From NCBI GenBank assembly GCA_951406725.2, contig OX597814.1, positions 51,398,001-51,462,000 of the forward strand: 64,000 nt of DNA, given 5' to 3'. The notes beneath the pieces are model-generated. The model was not told the DNA's origin. It ran no database searches and saw nothing but the letters and a program-made list of their open reading frames with translations. Shown one piece after another: positions 49,801 to 63,400 of the stretch (its first letter is position 1; the number at the start of each line of letters is the position of its first letter). This stretch comes from Octopus vulgaris. Taxonomy: Eukaryota. The translations under genes were made by a program, and so were the position numbers.

Positions 49801-52800
49801 GGAGTAAATGGTCTCCAGAAAGGAAAAAGTTGAAAATGCAGATATTTTAAAGAAAATGTTTGTAAAGCAGATGACGATTTGTGATTTTTATTAACATTAC
49901 AGTTTATTAGTTGATGAAAAGCATTTATTTCATAATTCTCAAATCTTTTTACAGGTCGTTTTGGAAACCAAGCAGAACAATTTTTGGGAAGTTTGGCTTT
50001 TGCCAAACGGTTAAATAGAACAATGGTGATCCCACCTTGGGTGGAATACAAAGCTTCTGTGATTGGATCCGTAAGTTGCAACATGATTTTTTGTTGGGGG
50101 GTTCAAGAAGAATGCTTTATTTGTGTGGCTCTATGGTAAGAAAATTGCTTCCTAACCACATGATTCCAGGTTCAGTTCCACTATGTGGCACCATGGGCAA
50201 GTGCCTTCTACTACAGCCTTGAGCCAACCGAAGCCTTGTGAATGTATTTGGTAGATGGAAACTGAAATAAGCTCATCGTATATGTGTCTTGTGTGTGTGT
50301 GTGTGCGTGTGTGTATTTGCTCCCCACCACTGCTTGAAAACTGATGCTGGTTTGTTTACATCCCCATAACTTCGTAGTTCAGCAAAAAATAGGCAGAATA
50401 AGTAAGAGGCTTAGAAAAAAAATGTACTGAGGTTAATTTGCTTGACTAAGCCCTTCAAGGCGGTTTCCCACCATGGCCACTCTCTAATGACTGAAACAAG
50501 TGATAGATAAAAGGATTTGGGATTTAACTAGATTCCAAAAATCTAGTTAAATGTATTGAAGCAATGAATCATCATCATCATCATCATCATCGTTTAACAT
50601 CCATTTTCCATGCTAGCATGGGTTGGACGGTTCGACCAGGGCCTGGGAAGCCAGGAGGCTGCACCAGGCTCCAGTCTGATCTGGCAGTATTTCTACAGCT
50701 GGATGCCCTTCCTAACGCCAACCACTCCGTGAGTGTAGTAGGTGTTTTTTATGTGCCACTGACACAGGAACCAGAGGAGGCTGGCAAACAGCCACGATCG
50801 GTTGGTGCTTTTATGTGTCACCGACACGGACGCCAGTCAGGCGGTGCTGGCATGAATGAATAATGATAATAATAATAATAATAATAATAACAATAATAGT
50901 AATAATATTTAAAGGGCACTACACTGCCTAATGTCAATAGCCAGATCACTGTTTCTCAAGGTGGAACACATAATCCATTGGTGGAGCAATATTTTGGCAC
51001 GGGTGTGAAACCCCAACTAAAATATTGGTAGGCAAGTTACAATGCCATGGTAAGTCATAAGTGAATAAAACTTGCAATAAAGTTTTAATTAAAAGTTTGT
51101 TTGAATGTGTGTGTGTGTGTGTAAACATATATATATATATATGCTGTATGCTGTATGCTTTGTTTTTGTGGGGGTTTTTTCTTGCAAATCTTGATGGGGC
51201 ATGTGACAAAAGTTTGAGAAACACTGGGTTGGATAGACATTATAAGTGATATGATATAACACAAAGAAGGTCATAAAAGTTATTGAGTTGCTTCTGTCAT
51301 GTGTACTTGATCCAGCGTCAGGATCAGAGGATAAGTGCCCCTTCTTGTACTCCATCCTTTAGAAATATACAACAGTGGTTCTGTTCTGGAGAAGGCCAAC
51401 TCTCTAATCATACCAACTATTGTTCATTGTTTTTACTTCTAATATCTAAAATTTGATATAAATACGTATAAACAGCTGTCATTATATGGTTGTGTGTGTG
51501 CATATGTATTTGTGTGTGTGTGTATATATGAGTGTTTGTGTGTGTGTGTATATATGTATATACATACATGCACACAAATGTGTGTGTATATATATATATA
51601 TATATGTGTGTTTGTGTGTGTGTATATATGTATATATATACATGCACACAAACGTGTGTGTGTGTGTGAGTGTGTGTCAAGCTATCATATCTAACCTTAG
51701 AAAACCTGTCTTTCATGTGCTTCCGTCTGCTCTCTGTTTCAGGAGTTTGTACATATGATCTCATAATCTATGTAGGCTTAATACACTTACTTGCTATTTA
51801 CAAAGAATAACCTTCACACAATTCTAGACGTGTGTATTGAGCACTTTAGAGTTTCTCTCCCCCCCTCTCTATCTCTTTCTCTCTCTCTCTCTCTGTATAA
51901 CTTAGGAGGAAGGGACAGTAATCACAAGCTTTACAGGTCTTCCAAGACTGGAGAAATTTATATGATTGACACAACTGTAGTAGAGGGTGAAATGGCTTCA
52001 TGTTAGGCGTTCATAGATGAACAGACATGGGTGTCTTGCCATAAAGGAGTCACCTGGCTACCCAGCATTATATTAGGGTGGTTAGGGGTGGCTGGAATGA
52101 AAACAGTGATGGTAGTGACAAGATGTCAGAGCATACTCTCAAGATACTAGAAGATGACACCAAGAGGAAATATGGACAAAGAATCATGAAGGGTAGATAA
52201 TAAGTTCATGAGAGAGATAGATAGTTAGAGTTGGAGGTAGAGATTGATGTAGTGAATGGAACAAAGATGAGGGTGTGGATGATAGTAAATAAGGTGAAAG
52301 AATACAAGTGGCTTAGGAAAGAGATGGTAAGTGGCAATACAGGAAGGGAGGAAATCAACAATATAATATACCTGTAGTAGATCAGAAAATATGAAGATGA
52401 TGTGTGGGATAGGACAGTGGAATGGGTGAGAGAGAGGGAGAGATGTACAGTGACAGAGATGGATGTTAGAAGTATGTAGAGGTGGCTATAGTGAGTGGGG
52501 GAATAGGTGAGGGGGAGGCCTTCAACAGCAAATTTGACAGGGTGATGAGAATGACAACCAGTAAGAGAGGGTGTTAAAGATAAGGTAATGGCAGTCTTAC
52601 CATATATCTGGAAGGAGAGGGAGAGATAACTGGTTGCACAGAAAGGGGTGATCAGTGGAAAATAAAGTGGGAAGAGATGATATTGAGACTGAGGAATGGA
52701 TTTTAAAAGGAAGTGCTTCCAAGGAAACATTTTTTTCTTTCTTTCAGGAATGTGTGGCCTTTAATAAATATTTTCAAGTTGAACCATTGAAGCAATATCA

Positions 52801-55800
52801 TCGAGTAATAACTATGGAGCAGTTTATGAAAGAATTGGCCCCTGAGGTTTGGCCACCGAACAAAAGAATTGGTAAACTTTATCTCTTTCAGTATTTTCTT
52901 CTATTTGTGTCTCTTGCATATAAATTTATACTTAGATATTCATATGTCTTACACATACATTTATAATTTAATTCTTGGGTTTATTTTTTCTAACACACAT
53001 TGAAATAGGATATCTTTCCATGTGAGATAAGAGTAAAATAGTTTATCCTGCTAGCTCTAAATGGCTGCAAATATTCTCATGGAGAGAGAACAGTACAATT
53101 AAAATACCAAAAAGCATAATGTCTAATTTGAGGAAATGGAATGGCAAGTATACTGTACGGCAATTAGTAACACAGTTAGCTGGGAAGTAATTACTTTATT
53201 GAGTCCTACCAGTTGGACAGTTCTTTTTCTGTCTCAAATTGGTGCTTATAATGTTTAATATATCTTATATGTATTTTCCTTTGAGAAAGTTTTGAATGTG
53301 TCACAACCCTAGTTCTACTTCACTATAAAAATTTGAAGCCATCTACCTATTTAAGATATAATTATGAAAGTGTTTTTGTTGTTTAAAGCACTTTTACCAT
53401 GATGAACTTTATCTTATAGTATTATTTAGTAAACAGGCATCAGCAGTATAAAAGTTACTGTCTTCACTGCAAAGCTAAAAAGTTTTCCCTACTCTATGCT
53501 GTCTCCATTCAACAGGACAACATAATCAAGAGACTGAATAGAAGAGTGGGTAATGAAACATGATGAACTAGAAAAGCACTTGGAGAGCGCAGACCTCCGC
53601 CAAGCAGCTCATTTCCACCCATATGCACACATGCTGAAAATCGCCTAATTTCCCAAACCAAAGCCGGCAAAAACATAACCTCCTCCCATACTTATCTCGA
53701 CCATCGTCATCATCAACACTGTCTCTGTTTTCACCACAATCACCATTAAAACTATGATCACCACAATCAGTTTCTTTACACAGTTGAAAATCCATTATCC
53801 TATACTCATGGGACCGAGATTGTTGCAGATTTTTGATTTTTCTAATTTCGGAGTGTTTTATTAAAAAAAAAAAAATTGCATCTACAAAATGGAGCAGTTT
53901 GAAGATAGAAACTAGGTCTAAACACAATAGCTTATAGACATACTCTGAATGTAGTTCTATATAAATCTTTAATAATTTTTTTTACACTTAAGACCATCAG
54001 AAATGTTAAGATATCAGCCTCTACTCACGTTGTCATGCTTTGATTAAAAGGTTACAGCATAGATTAAATTACTTAGATAAGTTTCAGCCGAAGTTGGCTC
54101 AGGCCATGTCTAATTTAATAGCACCACCTGGAAGAGATACACAGTCAGCTCTGGGAAACCATAGCCCATTCAAGCAGAGGGTTATTGTTTTCAGAGACAT
54201 ATCTGGGTGTGGGTGGTTTATCTGGTATTTGTTGGGGGTAATCATCTAAGGATCATTTGAATGCTATGAAGTCACTTTCCTTTATGTGTGTCTGGCACGA
54301 TGTTGAAGAGAGCAGGGCCAATTGAGGTGAAATAGTTCTGTCATTGTGTTTTGATATGACACGAACATTTCTGTAGTGGACAGATGGCACGGGGGCCAAG
54401 CCTCAGATGAATTTTAAAGATGGGCAATGTTGATGGAATATTTTCCGCATCATACAGATGATATAGAGCTCACAGCAGCGATGGAGGGAGCAAAGCCTGA
54501 GCTTTTTGAGTCGATCCCAATAGTCAAGGCTTGTCATGTAATCCTCCGCAGACCTCTGCCAAGCAACTCATTTTAAGATAGATATGCGTTTAAAATGACT
54601 AATACAGAAATGAAAATAAACTTTGGAAACAACAACGTCACCATAGGTTATGTGGAAACAATGAATGCGTTTTCAAGGGAGATAATCAAAGAACGTAACA
54701 TTGTAATACTTCATGTAAAGTAAATATAACAAATGAAAAATCCTTCAAGAATCCATAAAAATTCCCGGATCACTACCAAAATTTCATCATCTGTTCCTTG
54801 TGTCATTACCAGCTTTTCCTGCAAGTTTCATCAAATACCGTTTTGAGTTATTTTGCACACAGACGGACAAACCAACACCGATATAAACATAACCACCTTT
54901 CTTGGCAGAGGTAACTAAGGTGAGAGGGCGAAAGAAACAAGATTATGAATTGGAATAACAGGGTGGTAGGAAAGGGAGAAATGGAAGAAACCATGCATAA
55001 AAGAATAATGGAAGGGACTGAATGGGAAGCAAGCATTCTTACATATAAAATACTGGTAACTATATTGTTAAACTATATTATATTAGTTAATGTAATATTG
55101 TATTAGTTATTTGTTTCTTGTGTGTTAATATATATTTTCATTGTGATTTATCAATTAGTATTTTATGCAATAATTTTACTTTCGCCTTTGTAAATTGTAG
55201 TATTCTGCTACCAAGCAAGACATTCAAGCAAAAATTCATGCAATGCAAAAGATGGGAATCCTTTTGGTCCATTTTGGGACCACTTTAATGTAGATTTTGT
55301 TCAATCTGAATTCCATAAACCACTAACATTTGATGTTAGCAACCATTTCGAAAGAGATAGATGGTTAAATAGGTAAGTGACTGAGATCGTTAATCATATA
55401 AATCTGTTGGGTTATGTTCTTAAGTGTGCATAGGTTCACTCAGAACAAAAGAGGATAGAAAAACTTTTGTACAAAAGACATCTATACTCAGAATTCCCTT
55501 AATCCTCTAGCATTCAGATTACTGTCAAATTAAATGCTTATTTATTCACATTGTTTTGAATTAATCATGAATTAATTTATAGCTTTGAGATTTTAATGAT
55601 GTGATTGCTTATTTTTAGAATGATATTGTAGAGTACATATGAGAGGCCAAATCTGGCCAGTTTGAACATAAAACTGGTAAAATACTCTGGCCAGATATAG
55701 CTGGTTTAAATACTAAAGGGTTCAAAATAGACAATTAATTATGGAAGGAATACTTATTACACACACTATATTAATATTAATGCCACATACAATACATTTT

Positions 55801-57959
55801 GATCACACATATTGATTCTGCTTGAGAATTATATTGAGTGTACATGGCTGTGGAATACTCAGCCATTTACACTTAATTCAATGAGTAGGTAGTTTGGTTG
55901 CTAGAACAACTGAATACTTATTGCAGACAGCAACAGTGATTTCTCTCTTTCTCTCTCTCTCTCTACCTATCTACCTGCCTGCCTGCCTGCCTTTCTTCCT
56001 TCCTGCCTTCCTTCCGTCCTTCTTTCCTTCATTCCTTCCTTCTTTATATGAGAAGTGAGGTGAGAGAGTAGGTGCTTATTTCATACACTTACAACTGTTT
56101 CATAATCTTATTAATTATATAATAAATGTTACATCAAGATTAACATGCATATAAAATATACATCTGTATATTTTATATGAATATTAAACTTGATGTAATA
56201 TCTAATGTATGTGTTATATACAAATAAACAAATAAAACTGCTTGGGTTAGCTATACAAAATGTATATACTTGTAAATAGAGAAAGTAAAGACTAAAAATT
56301 TTCAGATGATGAATATTCAAGTATAAACATATAGATATTTATGTATTAACAGAGCAAACTTACACAGAGTACAAAGGCACAGAAAATTTAAGGGGAGAAG
56401 GTATGGTGTCACAAGTCAGACAGCTGTTTCTGGGGGCTCAGAGTTAAAAATAATAATAATAATGAAATTATTGTGTACAGTGCTCAGGTGCACTACAGCT
56501 CATCAAAGATGCATGTATAGTACATAGAATTATGTACAAAAGTCAGGAAAGTGAATAGTGTATGAATCATGATATACATGTGTGCATGCATATGCAGGTG
56601 GGGGTATCAGGTGTAGTGTTGGTGAATTTTAGGAAGCATGGTGATTTTAAAGGAGTTCATAAGGTTGGCAGATATAGTTCACAAACATATGCAACCAGTA
56701 ATGGAAGCAAATAAACAGTGGATAAATCTAGTCTCCGTCTTCAGGTGGAGAGATACCTCTTTACCCTGTTAGTATCATACATGCCAACCATTTTACAGAA
56801 TTTACTAGGTACTTTTTATATGGTACTAACAGCAGTGAGGTCACCAAGTAACTAGCAAGACAAAACCCCCTCATCTGAGTCGGGGACTAGTATTGAGTTG
56901 GATGGCTTTGAGCCAGGTGATGAGATGTTACAGTATGAATAGAGGGACAGAAACAGGTAGCTTGTAGTGGAGGAGATACATAGCTGCCTCAGTTGGAGAG
57001 AGATAAGATGATGAAAATGTGATGTAGCATACACTCAAGTTACAGATATAGTGTAGTGGACTAGGGATTGGATAGTGTGAGTGGATGGGTAAGTTCATGA
57101 AATTGCGGAAAGAGAGTGAGAGATGGCAGGGCAGAGGGAATGTAGTGAGTGGATATAGGCAGAGAGAGGTGTTAAAAGGGTACGTGGTGGGGGAAGAGAT
57201 TCAACATTGTGTACAGTTAAGTTTGTGGGGAGGAAATGGGAAATAGAGAGGAGGGGAATACACTAAGTGATGAACACAGGTAGAGGAAGGGGAGAGGTGT
57301 TAGGAAGATGGGATGTTGAGGAAATGTTTGTTTGGGTCAAATTGTGTTCTGGGGCATGGACATAAAGAACATGTCTTTATGGCCTCAATTTTATTTAACT
57401 GGACAAGTCTTCTCAAGAACAGCAAATCTCTCTCTAACACACACACACACATATTTCTACCTGTTCTTTATGTGCTAAGTTCAAAATTACACCAAGATCA
57501 TCTTTATTTTCATCCTTTTGGGATTAAAAAAAATGTAAGTACCTGTCAAATACTAGAGTTGATTTAATCAACTAACCCCTCTTCCAAAATTCCTGCCTTG
57601 TGCCTATGTTAGAAATAATTATTAATATTCTTATTTATCTTCAGATTTCCAGCTTCTAAATACCCTGTCCTTGCTTTTGTTGGATCTCCTGCTCCATTCC
57701 CTGCTCGTGAAGATACTTTACACCTTCACGATTACATCAAATGGTCAACTGATTTAGAGAAAGCTGCTGATAATTTTATATTGGAAACTATTCCCGAGAA
57801 ACCTTTTCTAGGAATACATCTCAGAAATGGTGTTGACTGGGTTTGTAGAATATAGTTCCTTACATTTTTCTTTTTAACTGTCTCTCTCTCAATAACCTTA
57901 TTAAGCAAAGGAAATTTACTAAACCACAAAAACTGGTAAAAATTTATATCCAATGTATG

Positions 57960-57993
<34 letters not shown>

Positions 57994-57997
57994 TGTA

Positions 57998-58045
<48 letters not shown>

Positions 58046-59659
58046 CATGCATGCATATATAGGTGCAAGAGTGGCTGTGTGGTTAGAGGCCATACGCACA
58101 AGAGTGATTGTGTGGTAAGAAGCTTGCTTCCCAACCAACTGGTTCCAGGTTCATTCCCACTGCATGGCATCTTGGGCAAGTGTCCTCTATATATCCTTGA
58201 ACCTTGTGAGTGACTGATAGAATAAGTACTAGACTTACAAAAAATAAGTCATGGGGGTCTATTTGTTCGATTAAAGGCGGTGCTCCAGCATGGCTGCAGT
58301 CAAATGACTGAAAAAAGTATAAGATTAAAAGAATATATACAAGCAGAGATACCCAGCATTGCTTGGGATTAGAATAGCATAATTTGTATATATATTACAG
58401 TTATGTCGAAACAGATGATATGAGTAAGTGCAGCATTGATGACAAATCATTTGTTGAGTAAATGGTGGTCTAATTCAACTAAGCAACATGTCATGTGTCT
58501 GTTTGCAGGATTCCAGGCCCTCACCTGTCATGGAAAATTGGGGTGAGGGTGGCATGTGATTTTTGTACTTACCAAAAAGCTATCAGTAGATATAATCTCC
58601 TTTGCAGTGGTTGGCGCTGCATCTAACACAACCCATCATGTGATGTTACGACACCTATGTATGAGTCTGTATTACATCACTCATACAATAAATTTGGATG
58701 TACTTTGGTTGTTCATTCGTATGTAACAGGGAACCAATGATGTGACAGACTATGTATGAACTTTGAACGTTGGCATAAATCCATGTTCAACTATCTCCTG
58801 TAGATGCACCAAATGATGTCATTTGAAATGTAGTATGTTGTATTGTCTGATATTGTTCTGAAAATCCTTTGACTGGATGGAAGTGACTTCCAGAAGATCC
58901 ATAAGTATTGTATGTAGGAGCTGTAGTGCTGGCAATCTTACGTTACCGACTGAGTAGCACATGTCATTATTTTCATTTGGAAATTTTAAAGCTTTGCAGA
59001 AATGACAATTTGAGTTTAGCACACCAATTTGGACAGAATTATCATTTTTATAAGAATGGGATGGTTCATATCTGAAAGCAGCTCCAAGAGTTGTGAGGAA
59101 CAAATTTGTACATGTTCTGTTTCTGAGAGCTGTTCTATTTGAGCTCTGTCTTAGTGATTCAGTGTTAAGTGCTGCAGCATGCCTTGGCTGATCTCATCTA
59201 ATCTTCTGTATTGAGACTCCATCTGATGTGCTTGGGCATGCCTTTGCTGATCTCGAAAAAGTCTCACCTTGCTTGTCTTGAGACTCCATTTGACATGCTG
59301 CAGCATGCCTAATTTAAATATTTAACAAATATTTAGCCACATGTGGGCATGATCCAAAAAGTTCAGTTCTTCGGACCGTGCCCACATATGGCTAAATATT
59401 TGTTACGTTTTTGGTCCCTCCGAGATTACAGATAGGACTTGCTTTCTATATTGTGTCCATGTACAAGCTTTTTATCTCTTTATACTTTTTACTTATATAT
59501 AGGAGTGGCTGTGTGGTAAGTAGCTTGCTAACCAACCACATGGTTCAGGTTCAGTCCCACTGCGTGGCATCTTGGGCAAGTGTCTTCTGCTATAGCCCTG
59601 GGCCGACCAATGCCTTGTGAGTGGATTTGGTAGACGGAAACTGAAAGAAGCCTGTCATA

Positions 59660-59714
<55 letters not shown>

Positions 59715-60445
59715 GTGTGTGTTTGTGTGTCGTGTTTGTCCCCCTAGCATTGCTTGACAACCGATGCTGGTGTGTTTACGTCCCCGTCACTTAGCAGTTT
59801 GGCAAAAGAGATGGATAGAATAAGTACTGGGCTTACAAAGAATAAGTGATGGGGTCGATTTGCTCGACTAAAGGCGGTGCTCCAGCACGGCCGCAGTCAA
59901 ATGACTGAAACGAGTAAAAAAGTATCCTATATATTTATATATTTTTTACATATTTATAGAGATATTGTTTTATAGGTTTATTGCTCATATATTTTTTCTG
60001 TATTCTACCTTCCACCCTGCATTTTCCCTGTGTGTATATAGACGTGTATATGGATTCTTTTGTGTGTGGGGATGTGTGTAGGTACGTGCATATATAGATG
60101 TGTGTGTGTGCGCGTGCATGCGAGTATGTGTGTATATAGATGTGTTTTACTAATTGTTTTTATACATTTTCCTGTATTTTGCCTTTAGCCCTGTTTTTTC
60201 TTGTGCATGTGCGTATATAAACGTGTGTATGAACCTTTTTTTTGTGCATGTGTGTGGGTGTGTGTGCGTGCGTGCATACGGGTATGTGCGTATATAGACA
60301 TGTTTTACTCTTATTGCTTATATTTTTTTATACTTCTTTACACTTTTTTTCTGTATTGTTGCCCTTAGCCTTGTTTTTTTTCTTGTGTATGTGTGTATAT
60401 AGAGTGTGTATGAACCTTTTTGGTGCACATATGTGTGTGAGATTA

Positions 60446-60478
<33 letters not shown>

Positions 60479-63400
60479 GGTGAATGGTGTTGGTGAGAAT
60501 GTGTGTTTTCAAGTGAGGGTGAATGAGTGTATACTTATAGGTGCATGTACGTGGGTGTGCAGGCGCGCATGTGTAGGTATGGACATGCGCGCTTACACGA
60601 ATACTATGAGCTTTTTTACTCCCTTCTTAATAACGGTCAATCACACCGTAATTTTCCTTTTTTTAACGGTCATTTTCATAGCATTTTTTCCAATGGCTGG
60701 ATAACTGAAGAGATGGTGGCGTGAATTTCCACCCCGACATCCGAAACTTGGAGTTTTATCATGGCTGCTGAATAATTGTCACATATCACATTTACAGATA
60801 AATTCCTCTATTTACATAATATCAAGGTCTCTGTCATTCTTTTGTTGTCTTACCATTTCTATCAATATATATATCACTCTCTATTCAATTCTCTTTTATT
60901 AGAAATCAGCCTGTGCCCATACATCAGAAAGCCGCCAGATGTTTGCTTCTGCCCAGTGTATAGGTTATTCACAAGAGTATGGAAGCATCTCACATGAAAT
61001 GTGTTTCCCTTCTGATAGCACAGTCATTAACCAAGTGAAGAAAGCTGTTAAAAAATACAAAGCAAAAACTGTATTTATTGCTACTGACAACCGAGATTTA
61101 ATCAAAGAAATGTCAAAAGTCATGAAGCAGGTAAGAAAAAACAACAACAAAAAACTCATTGTTATAGCTTTTTTATTATTTTAGAGATTGATCAGAGGAA
61201 GAGGTGACTAAAATAACAAGAGGCTTGGATAGATAATGTTGCTTGAAGTGCTTAATGGTTGAAAACATGGCAATATAAAGATTGGGTTTCCTGAAGATGC
61301 ATTTCATACTCAAAATGTGGACAGTGTTTTGTGACACAAACTGAAGACACTCGTGCATCAAGTTTAGATATACAGAATTAACAGTTTCCTTACATTCTTG
61401 TAATAGTATTGCTGAAAAGGGTGATGGGGTGGTGGTGGTAGATGAAGAAAAGGAAGTGGATGTTTGTGGTTATACCTCTGAATTTACAATAGTAAATAAA
61501 ACACAACATATTTCAGCTTCTTTAATATATTTATAAATTTTTGGTGCTTTGTATTTTACATACAAGGCGGCAAGCTGGCAGAATCGTTAGCACGCCGGGC
61601 GAAATGCTTAGCGGTATTTCGGCTGCCGTTATGTTGTGAGTTCAATTTTCGCCGAGGTCGACTTTGCCTTTCATCCCTTCGGGGTCGATAAATTAAGTAC
61701 CAGTTACACACTGGGGTCGATGTAATCAACTTAATACCTATTTCTGTCCTTGTTTGTCCCCTCTATGTTTAGCCCCTTGTGGGTAATAAAGAAATATGTA
61801 TTTTACATACATAGAAAAGGAATACAAAGCAAAGTATTTAGTGCTTTTATTGATAATATCCATTTGTAGATGCTAACATCATTGGTTATAGTTTTCTAGT
61901 TCACTATACTTCTGATAGCAACAGCCACAAAAGCGCAGTTAAAATGATAAAAGAATTTTGTTAGAATGAAATTAATTTCAGTACAATGAATGAAAATTGA
62001 ATCTTAGCAGCCAAAATTTCTTTCTACAATATAAACAAAAAAATCAACCAAGTCCTTCCTTGCATATATCATCCCACTAAATACTCATAGCCTGTGAAAC
62101 TCAAAAAGGCTGCTTGAAATTCCTCACATGATACTTCTAATAGTATATGCACGATTATTTGAATATCATAATCATTTTTTGTAATCATCGTTAAAGACCA
62201 TGTTACATGCTGGCATGGATTGGATGGTTTGACATTATCCAGTTGAGTCCAAGGACTGCATTGTGCTATAATTTTTGTTTTGGCCTGGTTTCTACAGTTG
62301 AGTGCCCTTTGTAACACCAACTTCTTTACAGTGTATACTGGGTGCCATGTAACTCATAGGGCTATGACCCTGGGTGAGGTGGAGGGGATCAACTTCAAGC
62401 TAGGAGATAAACATGAAAGATAAAATTAATAATAGGGCTGTTGTTATTTTGCCAATTCCTATTTTTAACCATAATATAAAGGATAACTATTTATTATGGC
62501 TTGTATCAATCATGGAAAACAAAGTGAGGAAAAGGTAACAGCTTTGGTTTTGGTTTCAAGAGAAGTTGGAAATTCTGGAGGCTGTTGATTTTGGAAAAAT
62601 AATACTGCATTTTAGTTTGACATCACTCTGACATTGTCCAGAAGAAGCAACTTTTGGTCTACAACGCAAACACCTAAAGCAGTGGTTCCCAACCTGGGGT
62701 CTGCGGACACCTGGTTGTCTGCAGAAGTAGTACTGGAGTGGGGGTGGGAGTGAACTAAATTCAAAATTTCATATATATATATATATATATATATAAGGAC
62801 GAGCATATTAAATGTGGTCTGTGGGAAAACTCATTTAAATAAGAGTCAAGAACCACTGACCTAAAGTCTGTAATGTTTGAAATATCGATGAAGTAGTTTT
62901 TGTCTGGCTTACAAATCAAATAGAGAGAAACATTCTAATTGGCAAGCTGCTTATGCAGGCAAAGCCCTGGATATAGCAAAAGTTTGGATCACTTGAATTT
63001 TCAGACCAGTGTCAAATGACTCAATCAATTTAGTGATTAATAAAGGAGTTGTCTGTGGTGATGTTCCAGTACCCACCATCCCTGCAAAAAAACTGGTTGA
63101 GTAGAAAGCAGAAGAAAGAACAGGAAAATTATTATTCTTATGACAAAGAAGACATATTTAGTGTTGATTGTATTCATATTTGGACCTCATGGAGGCAATG
63201 ACAGGTGACCGAGACCTTTGGCGATATACCATGCTTGTGTAGACTTGTCAAGCCAAGTGAGATCATAGTCATGGCCAATGCTGGTGTCAAGTCAATGGCA
63301 CCCATGCCGGTGGCACGTAAAAGGTACCCATGACACTTTTAGTGGTTGGTGTCAGGAAGGGCATTCAGCTGTAGAAACCTTACCAAATCAGGTTGGAACC

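Noticed and set aside
51417-51764. ORFs rich in HT/YI/CV repeats (also ~57919-58213, 38718-39085, 60242-60724)
   Set aside because: They are translations of (TG)n, (TA)n and (CT)n microsatellites or low-complexity DNA.
54040-54540. Possible Penelope RT remnant (also a GIY-YIG-like trace at ~14640-15030)
   Set aside because: Only faint motif resemblance; needs a profile search.
56700-56750. CTGAAGA on the minus strand as a hammerhead start
   Set aside because: No downstream GAAA or closing stem II.
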